Shown here one piece after another: positions 1 through 25,175 of a stretch of DNA of 64,000 nt. The position numbers and the translations under genes were made by a program. Below the pieces are notes generated by a model that ran no database searches, was not told the DNA's origin, and was given only the letters and a program-made list of their open reading frames with translations. Position 1 is the first letter of the stretch. Each line of letters opens with the position of its first letter. This stretch comes from Macrostomum hystrix (lineage: Eukaryota; Animalia; Platyhelminthes). Location of the stretch: the NCBI GenBank assembly GCA_950097015.1, contig CATNEN010000029.1, positions 868,001 through 932,000 on the forward strand, given 5' to 3'.

Positions 1-1907
1 TCCGCTTCAGTTGCCAACTCTGCTTCAGCTGCATCCTCCGCTTCAGCCGCCTTCTCTGCTTCAGCTGCCTCCTCTGCATCAGCTGCCTCCTCTGCTTCAG
101 CTGCCTTGTCTGCTTCAGCTGCCTTCTCTGCTTCAGCTGCCTCCTCTGCATCAGCTGCCTCCTCTGCTTCAGCTGCCTCCTCTGCATCAGCTGCCTCCTC
201 TGCTTCAGCTGCCTACTCTGCTTCAGCTGCCTACTCTGCTTCAGCTGCCTACTCTGCTTCAGCTGCCTACTCTGCTTCAGCTGCCTACTCTGCTTCGGCT
301 GCCTACTCTGCTTCAGCTGCCTACTCTGCTTCAGCTGCCTACTCTGCTTCGGCTGCCTCCTCCGCTTCAGTTGCCAACTCTGCTTCAGCTGCATCCTCCG
401 CTTCAGCTGCCTTCTCTGCTTCAGCTGCCTCCTCTGCATCAGCTGCCTCCTCTGCTTCAGCTGCCTCCTCTGCATCAGCTGCCTCCTCTGCTTCAGCTGC
501 CTCCTCTGCTTCAGCTGCCTACTCTGCTTCAGCTGCCTACTCTGCTTTAGCTGCCTACTCTGCTTCAGCTGCCTCCTCTGCTTCAGGTGCCTCCTCTGCT
601 TCAGCTGCCTACTCGGCTTCAGCTGCCTCCTCTGCTTCAGCTGCCTACTCTGCTTCAGCTGCCTACTCTGCTTCAGCTGCCTACTCTGCTTCGGCTGCCT
701 CCTCCGCTTCAGTTGCCAACTCTGCTTCAGCTGCCTACTCTGCTTCAGCTGCCTACTCTGCTTCAGCTGCCTACTCTGCTTCGGCTGCCTCCTCCGCTTC
801 AGTTGCCAACTCTGCTTCAGCTGCCTACTCTGCTTCAGCTGCCTACTCTGCTTCAGCTGCCTACTCTGCTTCAGCTGCCTACTCTGCTTCGGCTGCCTCC
901 TCCGCTTCAGTTGCCAACTCTGCTTCAGCTGCATCCTCCGCTTCAGCCGCCTTCTCTGCTTCAGCTGCCTCCTCTGCATCAGCTGCCTCCTCTGCTTCAG
1001 CTGCCTTGTCTGCTTCAGCTGCCTTCTCTGCTTCAGCTGCCTCCTCTGCATCAGCTGCCTCCTCTGCTTCAGCTGCCTCCTCTGCATCAGCTGCCTCATC
1101 TGCTTCAGCTGCCTTCTCTGCTTCAGCTGCCTTGTCTGCTTCAGCTGCCTCCTCTGCTTCAGCTGCCTCCTCTGCTTCAGCTGCCTCCTCTGCTTCAGCT
1201 GCCTTCTCTGCTTCAGCTGCCTCCTCTGCTTCAGCTGCCTACTGTGCTTCAGCTGCCTCCTCTGCTTCAGCTGCCTACTCTGCTTCAGCTGCCTACTCTG
1301 CTTCAGCTGCCTACTCTGCTTCAGCTGCATCCTCTGCTTCAGCTGCCTTCTCTGCTTCAGCTGCCTTCTCAGCTGCCTCCTCTGCTTCAGCTGCCTCCTC
1401 TGCTTCAGCTGCCTTCTCTGCTTCAGCTGCCTCCTCTGCTTCAGCTGCCTACTGTGCTTCAGCTGCCTCCTCTGCTTCAGCTGCCTACTCTGCTTCAGCT
1501 GCCTACTCTGCTTCAGCTGCCTACTCTGCTTCAGCTGCATCCTCTGCTTCAGCTGCCTTCTCTGCTTCAGCTGCCTTCTCAGCTGCCTCCTCTGCTTCAG
1601 GTGCCTCCTCTGCTTCAGCTGCCTCCTCTGCTTCAGCTGCCTCCTCTGCTTCAGCTGCCTACTCTGCTTCAGCTGCATCCTCTGCTTCAGCTGCCTACTC
1701 TGCTTCAGCTGCCTACTCTGCTTCAGCTGCATCCTCTGCTTCAGCTGCCTTCTCTGCTTCAGCTGCCTTGTCTGCTTCAGCTGCCTTCTCTGCTTCAGCT
1801 GCCTCCTCTGCTTCAGCTGCCTTCTCTGCTTCAGCTGCCTTCTCTGCTTCAGCTGCCTCCTCTGCTTCAGCTGCCTCCTCCGCTTCAGCTGCCTCCTCTG
1901 CTTCAGT
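1..1907. repeat. 18-bp minisatellite (TCTGCTTCAGCTGCCTCC and variants), truncated by window start
   Basis: Roughly 100 tandem 18-bp units seen directly. The + frame reads (SASAA[S/Y/F])n with no stop up to 1950. The - frame reads (AE[E/K/*]AAE)n with many TAG stops. Confidence 0.95.
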
Positions 1908-2957
1908 CAAACTAAACTTACATTCATCAATCAATAAAATTGAAAAGTAAAGGCAAGACACATGCAGACTATTGCATAGTTATATTATTATTGCTGTGAA
2001 AATAAATAGAGCCAACTTGGACTTTCATTAAGTATTATACAATTTATTTACTAAAACTATCTTTTTATAGTTTTATAAAACTAAAAACAGAAAAAGAGTT
2101 AAAAAAATCAGGGCATATAGACAGCGTCAAAAAATGATAAAAAAACATCTCAGTCAAACAGAGGAAGGCGGGATAAATCAATAGTTTGTTCGAATACAAA
2201 GTGATAGAAGAGATAAAGAAAGATTCAAGATGAAAATTAAAAAATTAGATATTACAAGCAGAAGTAAATGAACTAAGCAACAAGCAATTAAAAAAGACTG
2301 TTCTATTGCAATTCACATAAACTTCATCCCATCTTGATGTGCGTGTTAAACATTTTTGTCTGCAACTGGAACTGGAAGTTTATGAAAGCTGTGTCCAAAC
2401 TTTTATGGGAATTATAACCATTCTGATTATACCAACAATTTAGTAGTAGTTGTAGCATTTTATATAAAAGAATTTTTAATTTACTTAAAAAATAAATTTT
2501 TACACCTTCTTTGATACTTCGATGCAAAGGGTCCCGACACTCAGATACCAATAGACCAATCAATCTTGCGTGTGTTGAAGCACAAAAAACTGTAATAAAT
2601 CTATCTAAATTTTCCGCTACCAACTCATTACAGTAGACACACGCGAGGACTGTCTGAAAAAATACTGAAAAATTCTACTTCAAGTAGTCTAAAGCAAGCG
2701 TTTAAAATACAAAGACAAAAAACAAGCAATAGTAAAATTTCTATGTAATTATAGAAGCAAACAATAAGCGTGTTGCATCGATTGACAATAATCAATGCTA
2801 CTAATCAAGCATTTGGCTGTTAATCAGGCCTCTGCACTTATCCGTGACTACTCTTGAAAGTAGTATATATAGTAGCAGACTTCTTTTAGAAATAAGCCTA
2901 GAGGAGCATTCGATGGAGCATGCACAGGATGGAGGTAAGGATAGGAGATGCTGAGAA

Positions 2958-16543
<13,586 letters not shown>

Positions 16544-17599
16544 TATAGTATCTGTTGGTTCTTTGCTGGCTGAATGGTCAGTTGGTTGGTTTTTATGACT
16601 GAAACGTAAAATTTCTTTATATTAAGAACTAGTCAACAGTATTTTCGCTTTCGCTTTTTTAAATTTAATGTTTTTTCGATTTCAGTTTAAATCTTTGCCA
16701 CTCAACTCCCGGCACGCCACGATAATAGAGCGGAAAGCAAACCGTAAAATAATATACAATGCCAAAACCAAAATAATAAGCTCACTATAAATCCGCAAAA
16801 AATCTGTATAGAATCTGCATAATTGCACGACTTGTATTATAGCAAAATGCTGAATGACACTTTTCTTATTCCTGCACTATAAAATGCTAAATTGACGCAT
16901 TGAACGTGCTGCTCTTAGCTTGAATAACTTTATTTCTCAAAATCAAACACTTCCACAATATCTGTAAACGGCTAGCTAGAAAATTGCAAATCTGAAGCGA
17001 TTATCTTGTACACCCATAATTTTTTCCTGAATTTGCAGACTCCTAATTTCCTAAACGACTCCTAATGGTACGTCTTCAAAGCTGTAGCACTTTAATAATA
17101 AACGAACACGGATTTTTTAACCATGAAAATGCAAAAAACATTTAGGGCATAAAAAGTACGTACTAAGTCATTTATTATGTTTTCAAAAACGTGTTGCTAA
17201 CGTTTTCACCTCACCTGCTTTATTTTGTTTGTGTGTTTTAATATTTTAAAACATGAAATTCTTCTTAAGAATTGCGCACTATTCTTAAAAGAGGGCGTAA
17301 GTTTGTGTGAAGACGAACAACACAGAAAGTTGAATTGCTAAAGTCTTTATCTTTAAGGTCTGCTATCTTTAAAATTCATCAACATGTAGGGAAAATAACT
17401 CCATGACCATAATTCAATAGAAAATATAGACAATTATCTATAATTCTAGAGCGAATCAAGTTTATCATTAGCTCTATAATTATCGCTCTGTCCATATATG
17501 TTAAACATTAAAATGGTTGTCGGTTTTATAGTCTTCATTAAAGCAAGAATGATTTCTAGGTATCCTCCTTGATGTAAATCTCAGCCTGCACAAACACGT

Positions 17600-17960
17600 G
17601 GACAACACGACAAACACGTGCAGGGCCATTGTTATGTCCTTGTCACTTGTGCTTGTGCCACATCGCCAAGATCACCAAACTGAGTAGCGTCCCTCTCAGG
17701 ATGCTGTACAGGGCCTATGGTGAGAGTGCTCTCACCTATGGCGCTCCAATCTTGACTCTGATTTGCGTCACTAACCAGATCAAGCTGCAAAATATCCAAA
17801 ACCTTGCTCTGCGCATCTGCTACAGTGTGCCTCCTTACCTGAGCAGAGCACTGAATATCTGCACAAACTGGCTGGCATGCCAATGCTCTCAGCCAGAATC
17901 AAGCATTTCGGTGTGGCCTGGCTGCTCAAGATGAGAGCTGCTTGGCTGCATAGCTTTCAA
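17600..17960 (+). pseudogene. Decayed non-LTR retrotransposon (LINE) RT C-terminal fragment
   Basis: LYRAYGESALTYGAPIL...KLQNIQNLALRIC resembles the LYKxxIRPxLxYGxxxW...LQxIQNxALR pattern after LINE RT domains. Short and apparently frameshifted. Confidence 0.5.
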
Positions 17961-18618
17961 ATGAAGCTAGAGCTGTCTTGCACTCTGGGCTAAATCCCCA
18001 ACTCCATAGTCAGAAAGGTGGCACAGCATGCACGGGAATAAATTTTGGAGGAACCATCCATGCGCTGTCTGTGCACCATCTTTGCACTGTCTATGCGCCA
18101 TCTATACACAATCTATGTGCTGTTTATGTCCTCTAACACTGACCCTACACAGAAAAGCACCCTATGTTAACCCTAGGGGTATGTGATATATTAATGTTAC
18201 AAAATAAAATTTGCTCATACAGTTACGTTATAGCATTCACAGATCATTGCCCAGGTTGATAACTTGCCCATTGTATAGACAGCACAGCACAACTCCTATG
18301 CAGCACAGTTGCATGGGAGTCAACCACCTTGCTGGCGACATACTTCTTCATTGCCCGGCCTCTAGGGTCAAAAAATAGTGGGTCGTGATGTGGACTTAGA
18401 TTGCTCTGTTTGTTGCTTGTGCACCAATGTGCGCCAAGACCCTTTGTGTGCACCGTGCTTGTGCGCCAATGTGTGCCGAGACACTTTGTGTGCGTGGGAA
18501 TTTCCCCACTCAGAGGCCACTTTACTGACTATGGCCCCAACTTCAATGCCCTGTGGGCTGCCCTGAGTCAGGGACAAATCAATAGGCAGAATCTAATTTT
18601 CAATCCAGGGCTGAGCAG

Positions 18619-20093
18619 TAGAGACAAACTGAACAGAAGAAAAAATTGTTGGCGGGAATTTATTTTTTTTCTCGGGATCGGGAGTCGGGAGATAGGAGAC
18701 GGTTATATATATATATTATATATATGAATTTGGCAGATAATGACATGCAGATATGGTATATATATATACTTATTATACTACTATATATATATATAATATA
18801 ATATAATTATATAATATATGTTAATTTCCTATAATTATTGCAATATATGAATGAATATTAATATAATAATTATATTATGTACAACAATATAATAGATTCC
18901 AATGTCAATGTCCTTTAATCTTTATTATTTGTTTATATTTGATATCATAGATTAATAGAATACACCTAAGCCTATATATTCCTCATGTGCCTCATGACCG
19001 TGTCAATGTCATCATCATTAGGCCTATGACATTGTTATGATGGAATCAGATGGATATTATATATATATGTATGTATAATACTTAGTAAGTAAGTAAGTAA
19101 GTATTAAGTTAAATATTAAGTCTGCAATTCTGCATAGTGCATAAGTATTAATATGTATTGTATAGGTAATAGCTAAGCTAGCCTTTAGCCATGCCAGCCA
19201 CTCGCCAGTAGGTAGGTAGGTAGGTAGCAGGTTGGCAAGTAGTAGCTAAGGTAGGCACTAGACACACTATTACTATAATGGGATTAGTAAGTAAGTACTA
19301 GATATTAGGTTAGGGCAGTCACTTTGTTTTGTGATATTATTCATATTCAAATTCACGCCAAATTAGAAACATGTTTTGCCACATTTATTTATGCTTAGGC
19401 CACAAGTTTGTAAATGCATGAGTTCATGCTCAGCTTCTATTTTTGTTTTACTTGATATTTTTACTTCGTAATTAGGTCCTCAATTATGAGCTTCAAGCAA
19501 TGTAAGTACTGTTGACATAGCTCGATTTTATGTAGTTTGTTTATTACGCTTTTTGTTTATTACTTGCGGTTTCTATTCTGTTATAGAGACTGTCAAAGGC
19601 AGCGCTTCCATCCTTGAGGCCTTTTAAATGTAGGTTCATCTTTTGAAACTGAAGTGCATGAAATGAAATATAACAACTTTATGACGAGACCATATCATCC
19701 TTACATCCTATTGACTGTTAGTTTTGGTTTAGAAAATTCAGAACTATTTTTCTAATTGTGCCTTCCTTTCTATAAAATATTCTGATAGACAAAACACAAA
19801 CCAGCGAATGAAAAAAATTAACTGGTGTTTAATTCTACAAGTATGATTGAATCTACTTTTTATACTTTCAGTTTCTGGTTCCTACCACTCTTCCAACTTC
19901 ATAATTTTCTCTTTAATAATATTCTGTCTAATCCCTCTTCTCTTTCATCTTCCTTGCATTTTCTTCTTTCTTGCACTCACTCCCGCCCAACTTTTCCCGA
20001 CTCCCAAGTCTCACTCCCGAGTTGTTGGGAATGGTGAAAAAAGCCCGACTCCCGAGTTTTCGGGAGTCCGGATTGGGTCCCGGTCGGTCTCTA
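18619..20093. mobile_element. Non-autonomous hAT-type DNA transposon, 1475 bp
   Basis: TIR TAGAGAC...GTCTCTA, with a perfect 8-bp TSD CTGAGCAG at 18611-18618 and 20094-20101. Subterminal CGGGAGTCGGGA/TCCCGACTCCC motifs at both ends. AT-rich non-coding interior. Confidence 0.8.
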
Positions 20094-21102
20094 CTGAGCA
20101 GTCTCTGAGACCTATGGCCCAAAAAGAAAACTAATATGAAAATCTAATAGCTGCCTGAGCTTAAGAAGGCTGGTGAGCAGTGGACTGCTGCTAACTCAAT
20201 GTCGCCCCTAACCTAATGCATGCCCAAATTATTATTATTAGTATCAAGCTTTTACATATCATTTTAATGGTTTAATTACTCAAGTTATTTCAACAGTCAT
20301 TTTCTAACAATCAAATTAGGAAATCTGTAAATATTTTACTTTTTTATAAAAAATAATGACAATACTTTTAGCAGCAGAGTCCTTTGTAACTGACCTGCAT
20401 CCCAGTCTTTTGATGAATTCATTTAAAAAAGGATTTTTTGTGACCTTTTTATCTTTATCTCTTAACTTTGCAATATAAAACAGTAAAAGGTGCCATGATT
20501 TTCATCTACAAGTTACACATTTTCATGCAGATTGACTTAATTTTTTAGCTTCTTTTGATAAAAAAATTTAGTCTATAGGCTACTTATGCACTTTGATCTG
20601 AAATTAGATATGACCTATTTTTGGCTATTTGTTATGTTTATTGAAAGTCAGGCTGGTGTGAAAGCAGAAACATATTATATCATCTATAAAACATGTTTTA
20701 GATTTTTAGAGCTCTTTGCTATTCTTAATTTAATTTTTTTGCATTGTGCTTTTTAGGACAATTTTCTAGAGTTCCCTCGTAATTATTTTTGTGTGCTTTA
20801 CTATAAATAAAAAACAACTACCTAACTTAAGACATAATAATCAGTTTACACTACCTTATACTTGACTAGCTTTTTTTGCCCGTTGTTTTTGGGGCAGAAA
20901 TTTAAAGCAAAGCAGTAAGCAATTCACGTCTCTGTATTAACTTTATAGTGAAGGTCACCATTTATTTATTTACTGCATTCATGAAAAGTAAAGAGTTTGT
21001 TTAAGGGCGTTTTAAGTAAAAAATAAGTGAAAAGTTTGTCCAAACAGCCCCCTCTTGATTACTTCTTTAGAAACATGTCTCTTAGCCACTCCTCTATACA
21101 GT

Positions 21103-21376
21103 CAGTGGCAGATCCAGGAATTTTGTTTTGGGGCGGTCTGTCAGGGGAGCGCCATGAGAATCACAGAGGGGGTGCCAGCGGCCGAAAAAGGGCACCAGGA
21201 GCCAAGAAAGGGCGCCAGCGGCTGAAAAACGGGAGCCAGCGGCTGAAAAAGGGGTGCCAGCGGCCTAAAAGGGGCGCCAGTGCTGCGACTGGCGCCCCTG
21301 GTGGGGGCATCTTATTCCCATGATTAAAATTTAGGGGGGCGACTGCCCCCCCCGCCCCCCCCTAAATCTGCCTCTG
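21103..21376. mobile_element. 274-bp MITE with 8-bp TSD (hAT-like)
   Basis: Imperfect TIR CAGTGGCAGAT / ATCTGCCTCTG, flanked by TATACAGT at 21095-21102 and 21377-21384. Confidence 0.75.
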
Positions 21377-21959
21377 TATACAGTATGCATGTACACGCGT
21401 ATACATAAGGAAAATAGCCATGGCATAACAATAACAATGTCAAAGAAACAAAATTAAACTGTTTCAGAGTTCAGAGTTAGACAGGTCAAGGTCAATTCGT
21501 GACTACTTTTCTATTAATTGCTTGCGAGTCACCTCAAGGCCTGGGGATACACCACATTCTTCGTTCTTCCCCTTGGTGCGAAAATGAATAGGCCAGCTGG
21601 AGTTCCAACACGGGAGCAGGCGACATAAAGCTGCCCATGCGAGAAGCAAGGAGTCTCCAGGTTGATGCCAGCCACCTTCAGCGACTGTCCCTGAGCCTTG
21701 AGCCTAAAGACAGAGTTTTCACTTTAGCTACAAAAGAGCCCTGCGCACTGGGACGCCACCGCACTCACCACACTCAGTCTCAGTGCTGCTTGGGGGGCCA
21801 AGTAGACAGTCTAGGGGTTTGGGCTGTGTACATTCACGGCTTGAAATACAATGTACAGTCTGGGGCTTCGGCGCCCGGGGAAGGGAGGGGGTGGCTGTAA
21901 TAAAATTTGGCCCGCAGAGTGGCGGAGGGGAGTTGGGGTGGCTGTCCTCGGAAAACAAA

Positions 21960-22326
21960 AAGTGACTCACTTTGAGATGATGCAGCTTTGCTCTGGATTG
22001 AGTAGAGATGTTCAAAATTGACAGCATTGTTGGAAAACATGTAAAGTGTAAGTGGATCAAATTTGGAGAAAATCTGACAAAGTGGGGCGACGATATGTCG
22101 AATTGAGTGATTTTTTGACGATTTTTGAGCAGTTTTTTGCACTTTTGAGCAGGAAGGAAATGATTTTTCGGGAATTTGAGTAGCCTATTGCACTCAGCGT
22201 AGGTGGTTTTAGGTATGTGCAAAGTTTGGTGCGATTTGGTTGAGCGGTTTCGGCGTCTATAAAGACAAAAGGTTGCACACAGACAGACAGACAGACAGAC
22301 AGAGTTTTCACTTTTATATATATAGA
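21960..22326 (-). mobile_element. Helitron/DINE-like non-autonomous element, 5' portion (3' boundary not located)
   Basis: Minus strand A|TCTATATATATAAAAG...(TGTC)n...GAAACCGCTCAACCAAATCGCACCAAACTTTG matches the typical 5' architecture of animal non-autonomous Helitrons. Confidence 0.55.
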
Positions 22327-23625
22327 TAGTACCCTGTGGTCTAAGCTGTTATTTTAAATTTAACTACTTAATATTTAAAGAAAAAATGCCCATAAGAGTA
22401 ATTGTAAGGGAATCTAGAAAATGCCCCTTTTGACATACAAAGTACTATGTTAATAACTTGCCTAAATATTGCCTCTGTACTGTGGCAATAAGGCTTGCTT
22501 ATAAGAAAAACATTTTTGTTTATAATAAGAATAAGAAACAAGCCTGCATTTCCTGTATTTTTAAACATTGTAGCCCACTTAGCTATTGGCAAATATAATT
22601 TCCACTGATGGCACTATTGTAGCAGATATACAATACTTTATATACAGAATGGCAGACTATGTGTAGTATATTTTTTGACAACAGAAGATATTTGCTATCT
22701 GAGCTAATACTAACACTAATAATCAATTTTTGTTCCATGCACCAACACTAAATCAATGTATATGATCTGCTACAATTTAAATGACTTTTATAACAAATAC
22801 CAGCTTTTGTACAGAGTACATTAATAGATCCAACAGAATTAAAGTCTTCACAAAAGACAGTATAATGATATTATTACTATATTGAGCTCAGTATATTAAA
22901 AAATTAAAATTAATTTTATGAAAGACATACCTAAATAAGGGATGAAATAACATTTCTTTCAACTTTTCATCAAAGCTGAAAAATGTTATACATTGCTATA
23001 CAAATGTTGATTTACAGTATATTATTTTTATGTTAGCATAGCAACCAGCAGCACAGTGAAGCTTCACCAAGAGTTTTTGTTTATTGTCAGCTTTGCAATT
23101 TTATTTAGTGGCGTACTTGATAGCCAGATTTGGCTAAAGATTTGGGAGTCACACTGTGGGTTGGGTTCTTGTTTTAGTAAGTGTGAAGTTTAGAATTCAT
23201 AAAAAAGCTTATAGCTATCTTGAAAATATTTGGTTGTAACAAGAACATATTTTCATGGGTCTTTGTGTTTACTAATCTATTTTAAATAAAGGACAAAGTC
23301 CAATGTAAGTATTTTATACATGTTATTTGTTATTACCACTTCATCTGTACTTAAAATTTGCATATGCACAAGTTGATTGTTTTTAGTCTACGCAGAAATT
23401 TTTAAATTATTGCAAATTGCAAACAGCAAAGCCCAACGCTATTGATAGAGATCATATAGAGGCTGATAGAGACTGAGCCTTCTGCTCAGTCTATTCCACA
23501 CTTTTGACAAAATTGGCCTAGTCATACGTTTCTAGTGTTGTTGATTTAAGTTAAACAGTATGAAAATTTGATAATTTACCTGCATCTTGCCTAATTCACT
23601 GCAGCCAGAGTAGCCATCGGCAGTC

Positions 23626-24764
23626 ATGGGTGTTGACATCTGCCACAAGAATGATCGCAAGGTGCGCCGAACTAATCCAAAATCTGACGACGTCTACCTG
23701 CGCCTACTAGTGAAGCTCTATCGCTTCCTGGCCCGTCGCACCGGCGCCAAGTTCAACAAGATCATCCTGCGCCGCCTGTTCATGAGCCGCGCCAACCGCG
23801 GCCCGCTTTCTCTGGCCCGACTGGGCCGCCTGATGCGCAAGCCCAATCGCGAGGGCCGCATCGTTGTCACTGTGGGCAGCGTTACTAACGACTCGCGCGT
23901 CCAGACAGTTCCGAAGGTGGGATGGCCAGGCCTATTGAGACTATTCTTATCGTAATGCTTGGTAATATGGATATGTAGAAGCAGGACTTATAGTATCTTC
24001 TGCCGACACATACGAATACTCACATGTGTCTACTTTAATAGTAATTATTTGCAGTTAGGGCTAGAGGCATAGCACATCATTTGGTGACACTAGACCCGCA
24101 GCCAGCGAGGAGGCAATTCTGCCCATTCCGCTGGATCCTGAGCACACACGCGTACATATACTGTACGCAGGCACACACACAGGTGTTTACATCTGCCCTG
24201 ACTTTCTCGTTATCAGGCAGTGTACACGTGCACTGTGCCTTGGAGGTTGGCCCTCAAGGGCGTAAATTGCACGACCAGCCCCCAAGCCTTCTCTCCGTGG
24301 CAGCGCCCCAAAATGAATTTGGCCTCGCTGCAGGATCGAGCTCGGAACCTTGGTGCGAGAGGAAAACGCGTTAACCGCTCCGGCACTCACCCTCACTTTA
24401 GCCTTTAGTGTCTACTTTGACCTTCTCATCGTCAGGCGCCAATCACCTCAAGCTGTTGTATAGAATTGCCGCATTCCAATTATCTTCCCAGGTGACTCTG
24501 TGCGCCCTGCGCGTCACCGAGAAGGCTCGCGCCCGTCTACTAGCAGCCGGTGGCGAAATCATCACCTTCGACGAGCTGGCCCGCCGGGCGCCCAAGGGCC
24601 AGAACACCCTACTGGTGCAGGGCACCCGCAAGCGCGCCGCCCAGCGGCATTTCGGCCGGCCGCCTGGCGTGCCACACTCGCACACAAAGCCCGTGGTTCG
24701 CTCCAAGGGACGCAAGTTTGAGAAGGCTCGCGGACGCAGGGCCTCTCGCGGCTACACCAACTAA
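23626..24764 (+). CDS. RPL18: 60S ribosomal protein L18 (eL18)
   Basis: Exons 23626-23916 and 24492-24764 (GT-AG, phase 0). MGVDICHK...[16 protein letters not shown]...[31 protein letters not shown] at 24859. Confidence 0.97.
24071..24395 (-). mobile_element. tRNA-derived SINE, family A, in RPL18 intron
   Basis: Similar to 12416-12705. A-box-like GCCGGAGCGG and B-box-like GCTCGATCC on the minus strand. Confidence 0.75.
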
Positions 24765-25175
24765 GATTGACGGAGTTTAGCTATCGGCAATTTGGACAGC
24801 GAAGAATGAGAATTACTAAGCACTTGTTCAATTGCAGCATTGATGCCACAGGCAGATGAATAAATTCGGTATGGCCTAATTAGTTGTGCAGCTCTGGCCC
24901 AATAGGTATGCTTTGGAGACAAAAAGGTTGATTTGATTTGCTCGTTTATTTGATTTTTTATTTCCGTTTTTTGGATTTCGAATTTGTGCCAAAAAACTAA
25001 ATTTGTGCAGCGTAAAAGTGAAGTCTAATAAAAATTGTCTTTGGATAGATAGGTGATTATGCAAAGGCTTAGTGCAGTTCAATTTTGATATTATATCATT
25101 CTTGAACTCCTGTCTAAAGTACTTCTCAAGTAATATTCTGAACAAATCAGTTCTTCGAGTATTGAATACGTTCAC

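Noticed and set aside
2324-2623. 99-aa minus-strand ORF downstream of PCYT2
   Set aside because: AT-rich, no ATG start, no recognisable motif and no consistent splice partners in the window.
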